A DNA stretch of 64,000 nt, from contig CM119371.1 of assembly GCA_051294905.1 (NCBI GenBank), positions 38,752,001 to 38,816,000 of the forward strand. The letters are read 5' to 3'. Source of the DNA: Botryllus schlosseri (taxonomy: Eukaryota). The notes beneath the pieces were generated by a model. The model saw only the letters and a program-made list of their open reading frames with translations, had not been told where the DNA came from and made no database searches. Positions 22,596 through 33,735 of the stretch are shown here, in pieces; the first letter of the stretch is position 1; every line of letters begins with the position of its first letter. A program made the translations under genes and the position numbers.

Positions 22596-24734
22596 ACTGA
22601 ACTTCGTTCGATGTTCACGTTTTCGCAAGTTCAGTAAAAACACTGTGTAGCTATAATTCCTATTGTAATCGATTTTGTAGAAGCTGAAGATTTTCTAGTG
22701 GTCCATGTCCATGGCGGGATTAGATAATCCTTCAAATCAGTGGCAATGGATTTCAGGTCAGGCAAGTTATATTGATTCACGGAAAAGGTAGAGATCTTTT
22801 AAGGTTCGATGAAAAACTGTATTAATGCGAAATATACGATATATGATACGGTACAGACCTTTGCTGGCTAGCTTAGTGATTTGAAATAATATTTGAATAT
22901 ACTCTTGAAGATACCAAACTTCAATACACAATTCTATTTGGAAATGATCCCGAATGTTGTCGGCCGACAGCCGTCGGAGTCAATCGTCAGCAACTAGTGT
23001 AGAGAATTGGCAAGAACATTATACCGGTTTATCAAATATCCAATTTCGTACAACTTACTGATGCTTACATGACCAGAGTATTGATGTATTGCAGTAGCGT
23101 TGTACGATGTTTATTGCGCCGTGCGTCAGTATAAACAATAACAATCACTAGCCGAAGGGACAAACGATGATAAATGGGATTTGACGCCTTCCATTTCGAC
23201 ACCCGCTGAGAAACACTCCCGGGGTGACGAACAAGTGCGCGCTGCGCATTCTCCTTCATTGTAACCGCCGCAACCCGTATTAATGAGGCGTGTTCAGTAC
23301 ATTGTGTACAATAACTCCCAAGCAATTGTAGTGATAGGCTGAGTAATCGAAACACGAAGTTGGACAGCTTGGTATTGTGTGTGCAATGTGCATGAGTAAA
23401 TTGGATTTCATCCCAGCACGTAGTAGTTGCTGCAATAACATTAGACGTGAACGAGAAAGTCTGGCAATGGAGCCCAGTACGCCGTTGTAATTAACAAAGA
23501 ATAGCCGCGGCTGAAGGCATATTATTGATTAGGCAGTAGCTCGCCAAAATAGTACTTACGGCAGTGGTTCTGTAGTCACAGGGGCTCGCTGAGGGCCACG
23601 ACAAACTTCTGACTCATACAACAGTAGTCACACTGATTTGCACTTTGCAGTGAATATTCATTATTTTCTTTTGCGTAACAATCACGCTTCAATGACTTCA
23701 TTCTTGTAACATTGTTGTTGACGCACAGTTTAATTTGTTTGCCAGTATGATATGGTGATGCATCGGATGTGTAGTGTAAACGTAGTATATTTATGTTTTA
23801 GTCACTAGGTATAAATATGGGATTCGGCCAAGGGTTGCAGATGGGTGTAAGTTATAGGTAAGGGTTCGCCAGAGCTTAGCGAAGGCTAAGAACTACTGAT
23901 GTATGATCGCTTGTTTGTTATGCAATCTTTAGCTACATGCGTACTCGCGAATTGTCACCATGCTAGCAATGAATTGTTCTTTGTGGTATTCATGGTGATT
24001 TTCGACTGCGATGGTCTTTTACACCAGGCCGTTTTCCTTTATAATGATTCCGTAGCAGCCGACTTGTAGCACTGTCCACACCTAGGCTTTTTAAGGCGAG
24101 GATCAGATGGCAAGGAGGAGGCTAGATAAACACCGGGACGAAGTTAGCCATCAAACTCTAGCCATCAAAAATAAATACCAGAACTACTGTGTAGAATACC
24201 GCAGGTACCGGATGTATCACCAGGATCAAGTTTCCGACGATGCCGCGGGGCAGCCATCGGCCACATACGATGTTTCGACGTAGGTTACGGTGAAATACTC
24301 ATTGAATTGTCTTCAAATCAATAAAGCGTACAAATACCCGACTGATTTTATCGCATCACGTCGTTTGTGAAACAACTAATAAAGAATATAAGCTCGCTAG
24401 CACCTCAACACTGTTAACTCAACACAGCTATCTCGCGAATGACTATCTCCATCATGAAATTTTCACAGCTGCAAGGTATCGCTCTGCTGGAAACGAAATT
24501 TCGCAAAATGTAGTTTTAGCACACAAAATCTGGATTTGACAAAACAAATATTGGTCCGACACGCTAAACGCCGTACCTCAAATGTCTCTAAACTATATGA
24601 TACGCTCAACTAAACAGTCACTAAACTTGGAATCGAATCCAACTTCTCCAAACTAGAGACTGTGGCGATGAATGGCGTTCACAGATGTATAGTTTGCAGG
24701 CTAGTCTGACACCACACAAATTGTCAACTATCTC

Positions 24735-25236
24735 CAAGTGGCGCATTCAAATTTATCACGAAAAATATTCGAAATTTGCCAAACTATAACCTGTGTCAAA
24801 GAATGGCTTTCAAATACCTATAGCTTACAGTTACGCCTAGCAGCACACCAATTTTCATAAATATCCAGTTGGCGCAAGGTGTCCAACGGGCCCGATACGC
24901 TCGGCTGCACAGCCATTGAAATTCAAATTTATTCACGAAAAATATTCGAAAATTTTAAACTATAACCTGTGTCAAGGAATGGTTTTCAAATACGTATAGC
25001 CTATAGTTAGGCCTAGCATCACACCAATTTTTAGCGATATCCAAGTGGCGCAAGGTGTCCAACGGGCCCGATACGCTCGGCTGCACAGTAATAAAAACTC
25101 AAATTTATTCACGAAAAATATTCGAAAATTTTAAACTATAACCTGTGTCAAGGAATGGCTTTCAAATACGTATAGCCTATAGTTAAGCCTAGCATCACAC
25201 CGATTTTTAGCGATATCCAATTGACGCAAGGTGTCA
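24735..25236 (+). repeat. 176-bp tandem repeat, left arm (about 3 units)
   Basis: Recurring ggcgcaaggtgtccaacgggcccgatacgctcggctgcacag...ttcacgaaaaatattcgaaa...tataacctgtgtcaaggaatgg. Confidence 0.9.
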
Positions 25237-25824
25237 CGGGGGTCATAGAATGCCAATGGTTGCCACACTGACCTGATTAGATAGTTATATACCCTAAGCA
25301 GCGCAAGGTACAACCTTTTGATATAATATTATTATCCATGACAGTTTCATAGATTGTTACGTCCGTAGGATTAACAAGTCACAGTTCCGATTCGCAAGTC
25401 CTTGTTTGATTTTAACGTTTGACTCGACTCAACTCGAGTCATTTTTATTAAATCACCCAGTCAATCAGAAATCGAGTAATTTTACGAGAAGGTCGCACCA
25501 AACCAAATTACAATTATCAGTCACGAAACAGCAACGGATCATGTTCTATCGTCATTAACTAAAAATGTGATATAATGGCTGATGTCATCCCGCATGTGGT
25601 AGCTTTTAAAAGCGATGTGATAGTGAAGTTTGTGATTTGTCAATTCCAGTGATTTTTATAGTAGTTTTAAATTGAACTTTTAGCTCTTTTATTTAAAAAA
25701 AGATATGTGACACTTGAATAAATTGTTAAATACTTGAAATTACAAAATGCCGTTGCGGGCCGCACAAAATTCTCTCGCGAGCTGCATCCAGTCCGCTGGT
25801 CGCGTGTTTGAGACGTCTGCTGTA

Positions 25825-26800
25825 GTCTATATGTATTTGAAAGCGATTCCTTGACACAGGTATTAGCTTGAAAATTTTCGAATATTTTTCGTGAATAAAT
25901 TTGAATTTTTATCACTGAGCAGTCGAGCGTATCGGGCCCGTTGGACACCTTGCGCCACTTGGATATCGCTAAAAATTGGTGTGATGCTAGGCTTAACTAT
26001 AGGCTATACGTATTTGAAAGCCATTCCTTGACACAGGTTATAGTTTAAAATTTTCGAATATTTTTCGTGAATAAATTTGAGTTTTTATTACTGTGCAGCC
26101 GAGCGTATCGGGCCCGTTGGACACCTTGCGCCACTTGGATATCTCTGAAAATTTGTGTGCTGTTAGGCTTAACTATAGGCTATACGTATTTGAAAGCCAT
26201 TCCTTGACACAGGTTATAGTTTAAAATTTTCGAATATTTTTCGTGAATAAATTTGAGTTTTTATTACTGTGCAGCCGAGCGTATCGGGCCCGTTGGACAC
26301 CTTGCGCCACTTGGATATCGCTAAAAATTGGTGTGATGCTAGGCTTAACTATAGGCTATACGTATTTGAAAACCATTCCTTGACACAGGTTATAGTTTAA
26401 AATTTTCGAATATTTTTCGTGAATAAATTTGAATTTCAATGACTGTGCAGCCGAGCGTATCGGGCCCGTTGGACACCTTGCGCCACTTGGATATCTCTGA
26501 AAATTTGTGTGCTGTTAGGCTTAACTATAGGCTATACGTATTTGAAAGCCATTCCTTGACACAGGTTATAGTTTGAAAAATTTCGAATATTTTTCATGAA
26601 TAAATTTGAATTTTTATTACTGTGCAGTCCAGCGTATCGGGTCCGTTGGACACCTTGCGCCACTTGGATATCGCTGAAAATTGGTGTGCTCTTACGTTTA
26701 ACTATAGGCTATACGTATTCGAAAGCCATTCCTTGACACAGGTTATAGTTTGGCAAATTTCGAATATTTTTCGTGATAAATTTGAATGCGCCACTTGGAG
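25825..26800 (-). repeat. 176-bp tandem repeat, right arm (about 5.5 units, inverted relative to left)
   Basis: cgtatcggg(c/t)ccgttggacacc recurs at 25928, 26104, 26280, 26456 and 26633. Confidence 0.9.
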
Positions 26801-27334
26801 ATAGTTGACAATTTGTGTGGTGTCAGACTAGCCTGCAAACTATACATCTGTGAACGCCATTCATCGCCACAGTCTCTAGTTTGGAGAAGTTGGATAGTAT
26901 TGTACGTATTATTGATTGGTATTGGTATTGGTATTTGTACGCTTTATTGATTTGAAGACAATTCAATGAGTATTTCACCGTAACCTACGTCGAAACATCG
27001 TATGTGGCCGATGGCTGCCCCGCGGCATGGTCGGAAACTTGATCCTGGTGATACATCCGGTACCTGCGGTATTCTACACAGTAGTTCTGATATTTATTTT
27101 TGATGGCTAGAATTTGATGGCTAACTTCCTCCCGGTCAGGCAGCAAACAAGATTTGAACTTAAATATGGAAACACTGACTTGTAATTTGAATTGTTACGG
27201 TCTGACTTGCTATATTGGCTTTCTTTTGAACTTGGATTACTCAGGCGACGTAGGTAGGTTACGTAATCACGGCACATAAATAATCAAAACTTTTGGCGGG
27301 CTGCATTTGACTCGTGGGCCAATGCCCAGGTCTG

Positions 27335-27433
27335 GTCTATACCTTGCTTATCTGTATATAACATTTGACCTAATTGCATTTTTGTAATGTATATCATTGA
27401 TTTGCACGGCTGACGAATAAAGATTCTCTCTCT
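27335..27433 (+). mobile_element. Short LINE 3'-end fragment
   Basis: taccttgc...catttttgta...acgaataaagattctctctct matches the 3' end of the LINE at 39835-39925. Confidence 0.7.
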
Positions 27434-27467
27434 TCAGAATCGCCTTTGAATCGTAATATAGACCTAC

Positions 27468-28112
27468 TTGAATCAGCAGCACCGGTTGATGAGGACGCTT
27501 CTAAAAATCACGGTCATGGACCATCACAACGAAATCAGTGCGAATTTTTTAACGCTTCTGGACGATATCAAATTGACCATGCAGCCGCGAGTGTCCTTGA
27601 TTAGATTGACTGCGGGAGACTTGCCAACGATCCCAACTTATTGCGCGTTTCGATATGATGGAGCCATCTCGAATTCAAATTCGTCTTCAGATTGCGATGA
27701 AGATATTGTCGGACATCGTAAGCCTGGCGCCAAAAGACCATTGCTCTTCGATTTAGACAGTGACAGTGACACAGCATTTTCACCGGAAGGCGAGGAATAT
27801 AGAGTTCTGATTGATGGCGTGGTTGATCCTTCAAAAAGGATAGCAATATCAGAAATAATGGAGATGACAGAACGTGCCCAATCTGCCCATGCTGATACTC
27901 TCGCTGAGAGCGAGCAGCTGCTGGCAAATGACGTCATCTCTTGCGGCGACACAAGCGAGAAATTACTCACACCAGCTTGCGAACAGCGTACCAATGATTG
28001 CGTTAGATACGAGCTGTTCATCTTGTACTTTGTGGTGCAATTGAAATTACGTTTTATTTGTGTCGTTTGCGTTGCCGTCTTCATTTCGTATCTCTACTGT
28101 GGTGGTACTTAA
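27468..28112 (+). CDS. Third paralog of the ADD-gene family, C-terminal part only (no ADD visible); exon or pseudogene
   Basis: DDIKLTMQPRVSLIRL...IPTYCA...SDCDEDIVGHRKPG...VQLKLRFICVVC aligns with copy 1 KDIILSMQPRVSLIRL...IATYCA...SDSEVDVFARRRQP...VRLKFCFICFVVC. The true start is unclear. Confidence 0.55.
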   Translation: MNQQHRLMRTLLKITVMDHHNEISANFLTLLDDIKLTMQPRVSLIRLTAGDLPTIPTYCAFRYDGAISNSNSSSDCDEDIVGHRKPGAKRPLLFDLDSDSDTAFSPEGEEYRVLIDGVVDPSKRIAISEIMEMTERAQSAHADTLAESEQLLANDVISCGDTSEKLLTPACEQRTNDCVRYELFILYFVVQLKLRFICVVCVAVFISYLYCGGT

Positions 28113-29539
28113 CCGGAGTTAGCTTTAGCTCCTGACTCGCACTGATTTTCAGCATATGGCATTATAGCCTTTTCGTTTTTTGTAAAATCCATGAGAGAGA
28201 GAGAGAGAAGTCAGATTTATTTTCGCCTGCACCATCGAGATGCTTTGACGATGGAGATGCGATACGACCTTTAAGCAAGGTCATCTGATTTCTTAACACT
28301 GTTGTTGATGTGCGGTTCATTTTTGCACTGGTATTCTATGGAAGTGCATTCGATTTATGATGTACTTTTGTGACTAGGCGAGCATTTGGGGCTCGTCAGA
28401 GACTTACAGATTATCGCAAGTTTTTATCAGGTACGGAAAGTTTAAGCAGTACTGCTTTATTGTAAGTATTGTCGACTGCCTACTCTCTGGTCACTCTACG
28501 CTTTCTCTGTCACTAGGTTGCAATTCGAGCTGGGCACAATGTCTTGAGTGCTGAAATCCGAATCCGGCAATAATTATAATGGGTAGAGGCGGATAGTGAG
28601 GGACGATTTTTTCGTGTGCTGAAATTATATTGTCTATACTTCCTTTCCGACGACGTGGAATCCTTGACACCTCGATTGGACGCAACAATACCGAATTATC
28701 TTTATTCCTATCCGGATTCGTTGTATGATGATATTTTCATTCAGCTTGAAAAAGTACTCATACATTCATTTGTTTCGTTCAGTCGTTGTATTTGGACGGT
28801 TGAATATACAATTTTGTAAGATATTCATTTCGCCATGCGTGATATTTTGTTGCCAACTTGGTAGGAATTATGTTCGAACTGCCAACTTGGTAGGAATTAT
28901 GTTCGAACTGCCATCTGTCGGTTTCAATGGAAACCGCGTGACAGAAGATACCAACTCGAAGGCATTCTTAATAAGTATGAAGCTAGCTTCTATATCATCG
29001 ATTCTCAAACAGTGGGCCATGGCTATGCCCGTAACGAAAATAATTTCGAATACATATTAACTGGAAGTTAATGGCGAGGTCCCACAAATTTTAACGACTA
29101 CTTCACCTCGAAATCAAAAGCGCACAATTACAGCGCATACTACCATATGATCAGATCGTAATGCAAGAAAACTCACCGTTCTATCAGGTATGCCGGACCA
29201 TTAGCGTGGAACTGCATCTCGCCGGCTAGCCGACAGTCGTCGAGCATGTTCAGTTGTCCACATTCAAATCAAAATACAAGCAATTTCTACTGAATCAATA
29301 CTATAGTCTGTCCTCAAGATTACCGAGCCACAATCTGACATATCGACCTGGCCTATAGGCCGGTATACCGACACCGGCAGCATTCCTCTTTGTCACTCAC
29401 TTTTATGTTACCCTTTCTTTATCCAGTGCGCATGCCTCTTATTTACATGGTGTAGGCCAAGCTGGATGTCTGATTAAAATACTAATCCAAATCGTTTCGG
29501 CACCATCCTAACATTCCATCATATCGCAATCGTGTGGAG

Positions 29540-31448
29540 CAGTGGTTCTCAACCTTTTTCACCTCGCGGACCGGTAAAATTTCAAAAAATGTCTGGCGGA
29601 CCGGTGAACTTTCAAATTTAAAATGAAGCCAAAATGTAAAGTATGCAACCGTTTTTTGCAATTATATGGCGCTACAGAGTGACATTTAGAGCGTTTTGAT
29701 CGTAATTAAGCATATTCATGATGGCATCCATGTGATTTTATGGTAGTGAGTCTGCCGAGTCGAGGTAAAATTGCCATGTCCAGATAAACGTGCTACCGCC
29801 GAGAGTCCTTTACAGTCTTTCGCGACGAAGGTCGTGGGTTTAACGGATCACGCCAACTCTAATAATATTCTTCTCTTTGACAATATCGAGAGAAGAAGCG
29901 TATCGGAGTCGAAACAAGCACCTTATGCTATATTGCTCATTGCCCACTGCCACCAGACACAGGCTACTCTGGCAATTACCTACGAATACAATGCCTGCCG
30001 CAAGAAAACACATTACAGCAGCTATACCGGCCATCCGCAAATCCGGGCCGAAAAAGCACTTCCTCAGCCCACCCCAAAACGGTGGCCTTAGGGCCCCCAC
30101 AGGGCGATAAGTCAAACTTCCGGGGGCGTCACCCCCAGACCAGACAGTTCGGTGGATGTTTTCACCTGTACTTGTGCGCACATCTATTCTACTCAGCGTA
30201 AGAAGAGAGTTTACGTAGTTTAATCGCAGGGTTGTAACCAAGTCACAAGGCTCCGAGTCACAAGTCAATCTCACTTTTATAGTTTTGACTCGAGTCAAGT
30301 CGAGTCATTTCAATTCACCACCGAGTCAAGTCCGAGTCCAAGTCAGCGAGCAGAGGGTCGAGTCCGAGTCATGGAATTATGACTCGAGTCCGAGTCCAAG
30401 TCATTGTGTTGACTGCTCAGTTTCCAGTTAAAGTCTTGGTAAACCCAATTGTTATAACTCTGTTTGGTGATATCGAATGGTTCGCATTTGTAATATAACA
30501 ATTTTCCTCACTTTTAGCAGTTTCTGGTCGCATTTTCAAGTACCAGTACCAACAGACGAAATCCCAATAGTGGCTTCGGAATTACAATGAAATGTCGGTC
30601 TTGGCCGTCTGAGTCTCGAGTCAATGACTTGGTTCGAGTCATGCGCAATGACTCGAATCCATGTCGAGTCAATACACAGACTGACTCGAGTCGAGTCGTG
30701 TCATCAGAAAATCGTGACTCGAGTCGGACTCGAGTCATTACAACCCTGCTTAATCGCGCCAATAGCGAAAATTTTCGATCATTCACGACTGAAGCGGTTT
30801 TCTCGCGGCCGAATTTTTGGCCCACCTTTCGGAGTCCCATGTTAACCCAAGCTTCATTATGTGTTGGTACGTCGTGACGTGGTAATGGCTGACGCAGAAA
30901 TACCTATAAATCATTCAGTATTTCTCTGAGAAAGGCACCTAATAAGCAAGACATTTCGGGATACTAAATCGTGCAAAGCGCAAAATGAAATTGAAAAATG
31001 TTAGAAAAAGTTTCGAATAAATACGCTGTGATTTATGTTCATTTGCGAAATAATTTTGAGCCCTATTCAAGCTCGGCCCCTCTCCAATTGTGCGGTTTGG
31101 GGTGCCCCCAGATACGGTCCTGCACAAAATGAATGAATCGAAAACAAATGATTTAACTTCGCTGTTTCGCGATGAGTCGGCTCGTATCTGTTCTGTACTT
31201 TTCGCTCGCTTGTCGTCAAATGACGCGTTTTGAACTTTAAGTCAAATCGAACATGTTTCCAGCCCTAATGTTAGCTCACGAAGTTATGAATCAGTTTAAA
31301 ATTTGATGTTTTATTTATTTTATCAATGAACAAGCCCTCAACATTGCATCTTGAAATTAAAGTATAAAATTCTAATATACCTGGCGGACCGGCAGGAATA
31401 TCGTCGCGGACCGGCACCGGTCCGCGGACCGGCGGTTGAGAACCACTG
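29540..31448. mobile_element. hAT-type non-autonomous element
   Basis: TIRs cagtggttctcaacc / ggttgagaaccactg. Perfect TSD gtgtggag. gcggaccgg subterminal motifs. An empty-site paralog exists near 41510. Confidence 0.9.
30227..30748. mobile_element. Nested hAT-type MITE with GACTCGAGTC subterminal repeats
   Basis: TIRs cagggttgtaa / ttacaaccctg. TSD tttaatcg/cttaatcg. Confidence 0.85.
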
Positions 31449-31933
31449 GTGTGGAGTATTGGTTTGATAAAAATATTATTAAATGATGATGATGATGATG
31501 ATGATGAAGTAACCAAGTATTCAGCAGGGTCATATGTCGTATTGCGTTCAAAAAGGTGTGCAATAAACTTTGACTGAAGTGCATTTGATATAGATTTACG
31601 GTACGTCGACAGGTCGCATTATTGTATCAATAAAATAGTCAATTTATTATTATCAATTTATGAATTTATTGTGGAAGTATCTGGCACCGCACCGCAACGA
31701 ATCGTAATGGATTGAGGATTAGCGCAGCCCATTAATAAAATGTCCGGTCTTGAAATCGTTGGACCTAATGTATACGAGTTGCATGAATTGACTGTATCAT
31801 GATATTGAATGTTTGACATCGCCACTACAGTGAGCTGTTCGCATAATCAGATACGTTGTTATTGCGGAACTGACAGTTCTCAAGCGAGGCTATCAAGTCG
31901 TCGCATATACATTACATAATCCACACTCTATCG

Positions 31934-33061
31934 CAGTGTTCGGGAACCTTTTGCGACCGAAGAGTCATATTGACCCAATATTTGCAATTGTAACTCCCAA
32001 AGAGCCATACATGTCAATTAACTGTTACGTCACAATTGAAAATTCGTGACGTATTGATAGCACTAATATATGGGATTCGTAATGTGCGCCATATTTTTCT
32101 GCCCACATGCGACATGCGTAGGTGGATCCAAACTACAGCAGTACAGCAACATACCCACTGCATGGTGTGATACGTCTGTGACGTGGGGTTATGGGAGGAA
32201 AGTGAGGCAGTGCCTCACATGTCGTCAGGGATGAGCGAGAGAGAATTGCGAGACCTTCAATGATTATTAGTATTTTTTATCGATGTTTATGAATGATTAG
32301 ATTTTAAACATTTCTATTCCCAAAATCGCCGAATTTTCATATTTATTGTTCGAAAATAAAGCGAGAAAGGAGAGATAACGCACAGATGAGGCAAAGACGG
32401 GCCAAGCCGCACCTGTGATAGCGCGACTCATCGTAAATACCTTAGAATTTATCATCACTGATATTATTCAAATAAAATTTTCGCACTGATTCCGAAAATC
32501 TAAATATTGATCGACTTCTACAATATTCGGCGTAACATAACGCTACACGCCTACATTTTACGGCGGTCCTAGAAAGCTAGTTACGTTACCAATCAAGAAC
32601 TTGGATCGCTATGGCGTTGTTATTAATTTGAATTTGTTATTCTTAATGTCACTTCCAAGGAAGTTTATTTATCGCCATAGCCCAGGAAGACAATGTGTAT
32701 TTGAAAACTACATTGTCCTACAAGCGTCGCCATGTTAAGGTATCAATCAAGGTATCGTGCAATCCAATCTAGAGGCGCGCGATGACGGGTGGATCGAATT
32801 TGCCAGTGATATTAGTCGCCGGCGTGACAGCAACTTCAATTTAGGGATTTGAAATGGGGGTACGAACCCCTAACCCAGGTTACCCCACTGTCTTGACCTC
32901 TCAAAAACATGTTTATGCTGCAACGGGTCATCATTAAAATTTACTAACAAGTTTCTGCAATATTGATCAATTAAGTAAAAAGTTACAAATTTGTAAAAGA
33001 GCCATGTCTTAAACCCAAAAGAGCCATATATGGCTCGCGAGCCATAGGTTCCCGACCACTG
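31934..33061. mobile_element. hAT-type non-autonomous element
   Basis: TIRs cagtgttcgggaacct / aggttcccgaccactg. Perfect TSD ctctatcg. aagagcca subterminal motifs. Confidence 0.9.
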
Positions 33062-33415
33062 CTCTATCGCAATACCAATTACTGTATATTGGATATTGAT
33101 GAGGATCAACTAATATAATCTATATAAAATATCTGACCAGCTTCTTACAGGTACATAACTAATATACAGTTGATTGATATATTCTTATTGAACAAACTCA
33201 TTTTTCAGTCGAGAATTGCAAAGAACAATTTATATTCAACAATAACGACGGCCTCTGACAAGTAGGCCTATCAGCCGAAGCTATTCTGGTTTATGTCATT
33301 ACGAGTATATTATTGAATTACATAACATTTCGGTAAAAGTGCGCCAGCAATACATTGCAGATGAAAGAGATTCTATTATTACCATGCCCAACGGCCACGA
33401 CTAACCCGATGTCTC

Positions 33416-33735
33416 GGGTGGAGATAGCGTAGTGGTGAGCATCGGTGACATCCAGGTAGGCGGCCGGGTTCGATTCCCGCCGTCGGGTGTTATACTGGGC
33501 TCCTCGTCTCCCGTGTCGCTGTTATTACGGCGAAAAAACAGCCCCAATAAAAAGATCCACGAAAGTGCAAGATATAGCTTCTAAAAAGGACTGACAAAGA
33601 AAGAACAAAATCGGGCCAGTTCAAGCGACCCCAACTGGTTGGTGGCTCGGCACCCCCTATCTGTTCATTACATCGCATTCTGTGCCTTGTATATAGCATT
33701 GTACATTGTGTGTGCCTTGGGCAGATGAAAATATA
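33416..33735 (+). mobile_element. tRNA-derived SINE head (tRNA-Gly-like) with probable body
   Basis: tagcgTAGTGGTGAGCATcgg...tcca...ccgGGTTCGATTCCcg gives A and B boxes. Acceptor and anticodon stems do not pair well. The 3' boundary is approximate. Confidence 0.55.

Larger units (their letters stand above)
24132..27136. mobile_element. Foldback-like structure: long modular inverted repeats containing a 176-bp satellite
   Basis: Outer IR 24132-24338 vs 26930-27136 is near-identical. Inner IR runs from 24638 vs 26894 into tandem arrays. Unrelated spacer at about 25240-25820. No TSD found. Confidence 0.75.

Noticed and set aside
25825..26800. Regular repeats resembling a CRISPR array
   Set aside because: Whole 176-bp units repeat with no unique spacers, there are no cas genes, and the context is eukaryotic. 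It is a satellite.
11170..28112. A single canonical ATRX or DNMT3 gene spread over exons
   Set aside because: The three segments are paralogous repeats of the same region. No SNF2 helicase, PWWP or methyltransferase motifs were found in the window.
29771..30877. Several 90-150 aa ORFs
   Set aside because: They fall inside nested MITEs with GACTCGAGTC repeats and show no protein motifs.
33416..33490. Functional tRNA-Gly gene
   Set aside because: A and B boxes are present but the acceptor and anticodon stems do not pair and no poly-T terminator follows. Treated as a SINE head or pseudo-tRNA.
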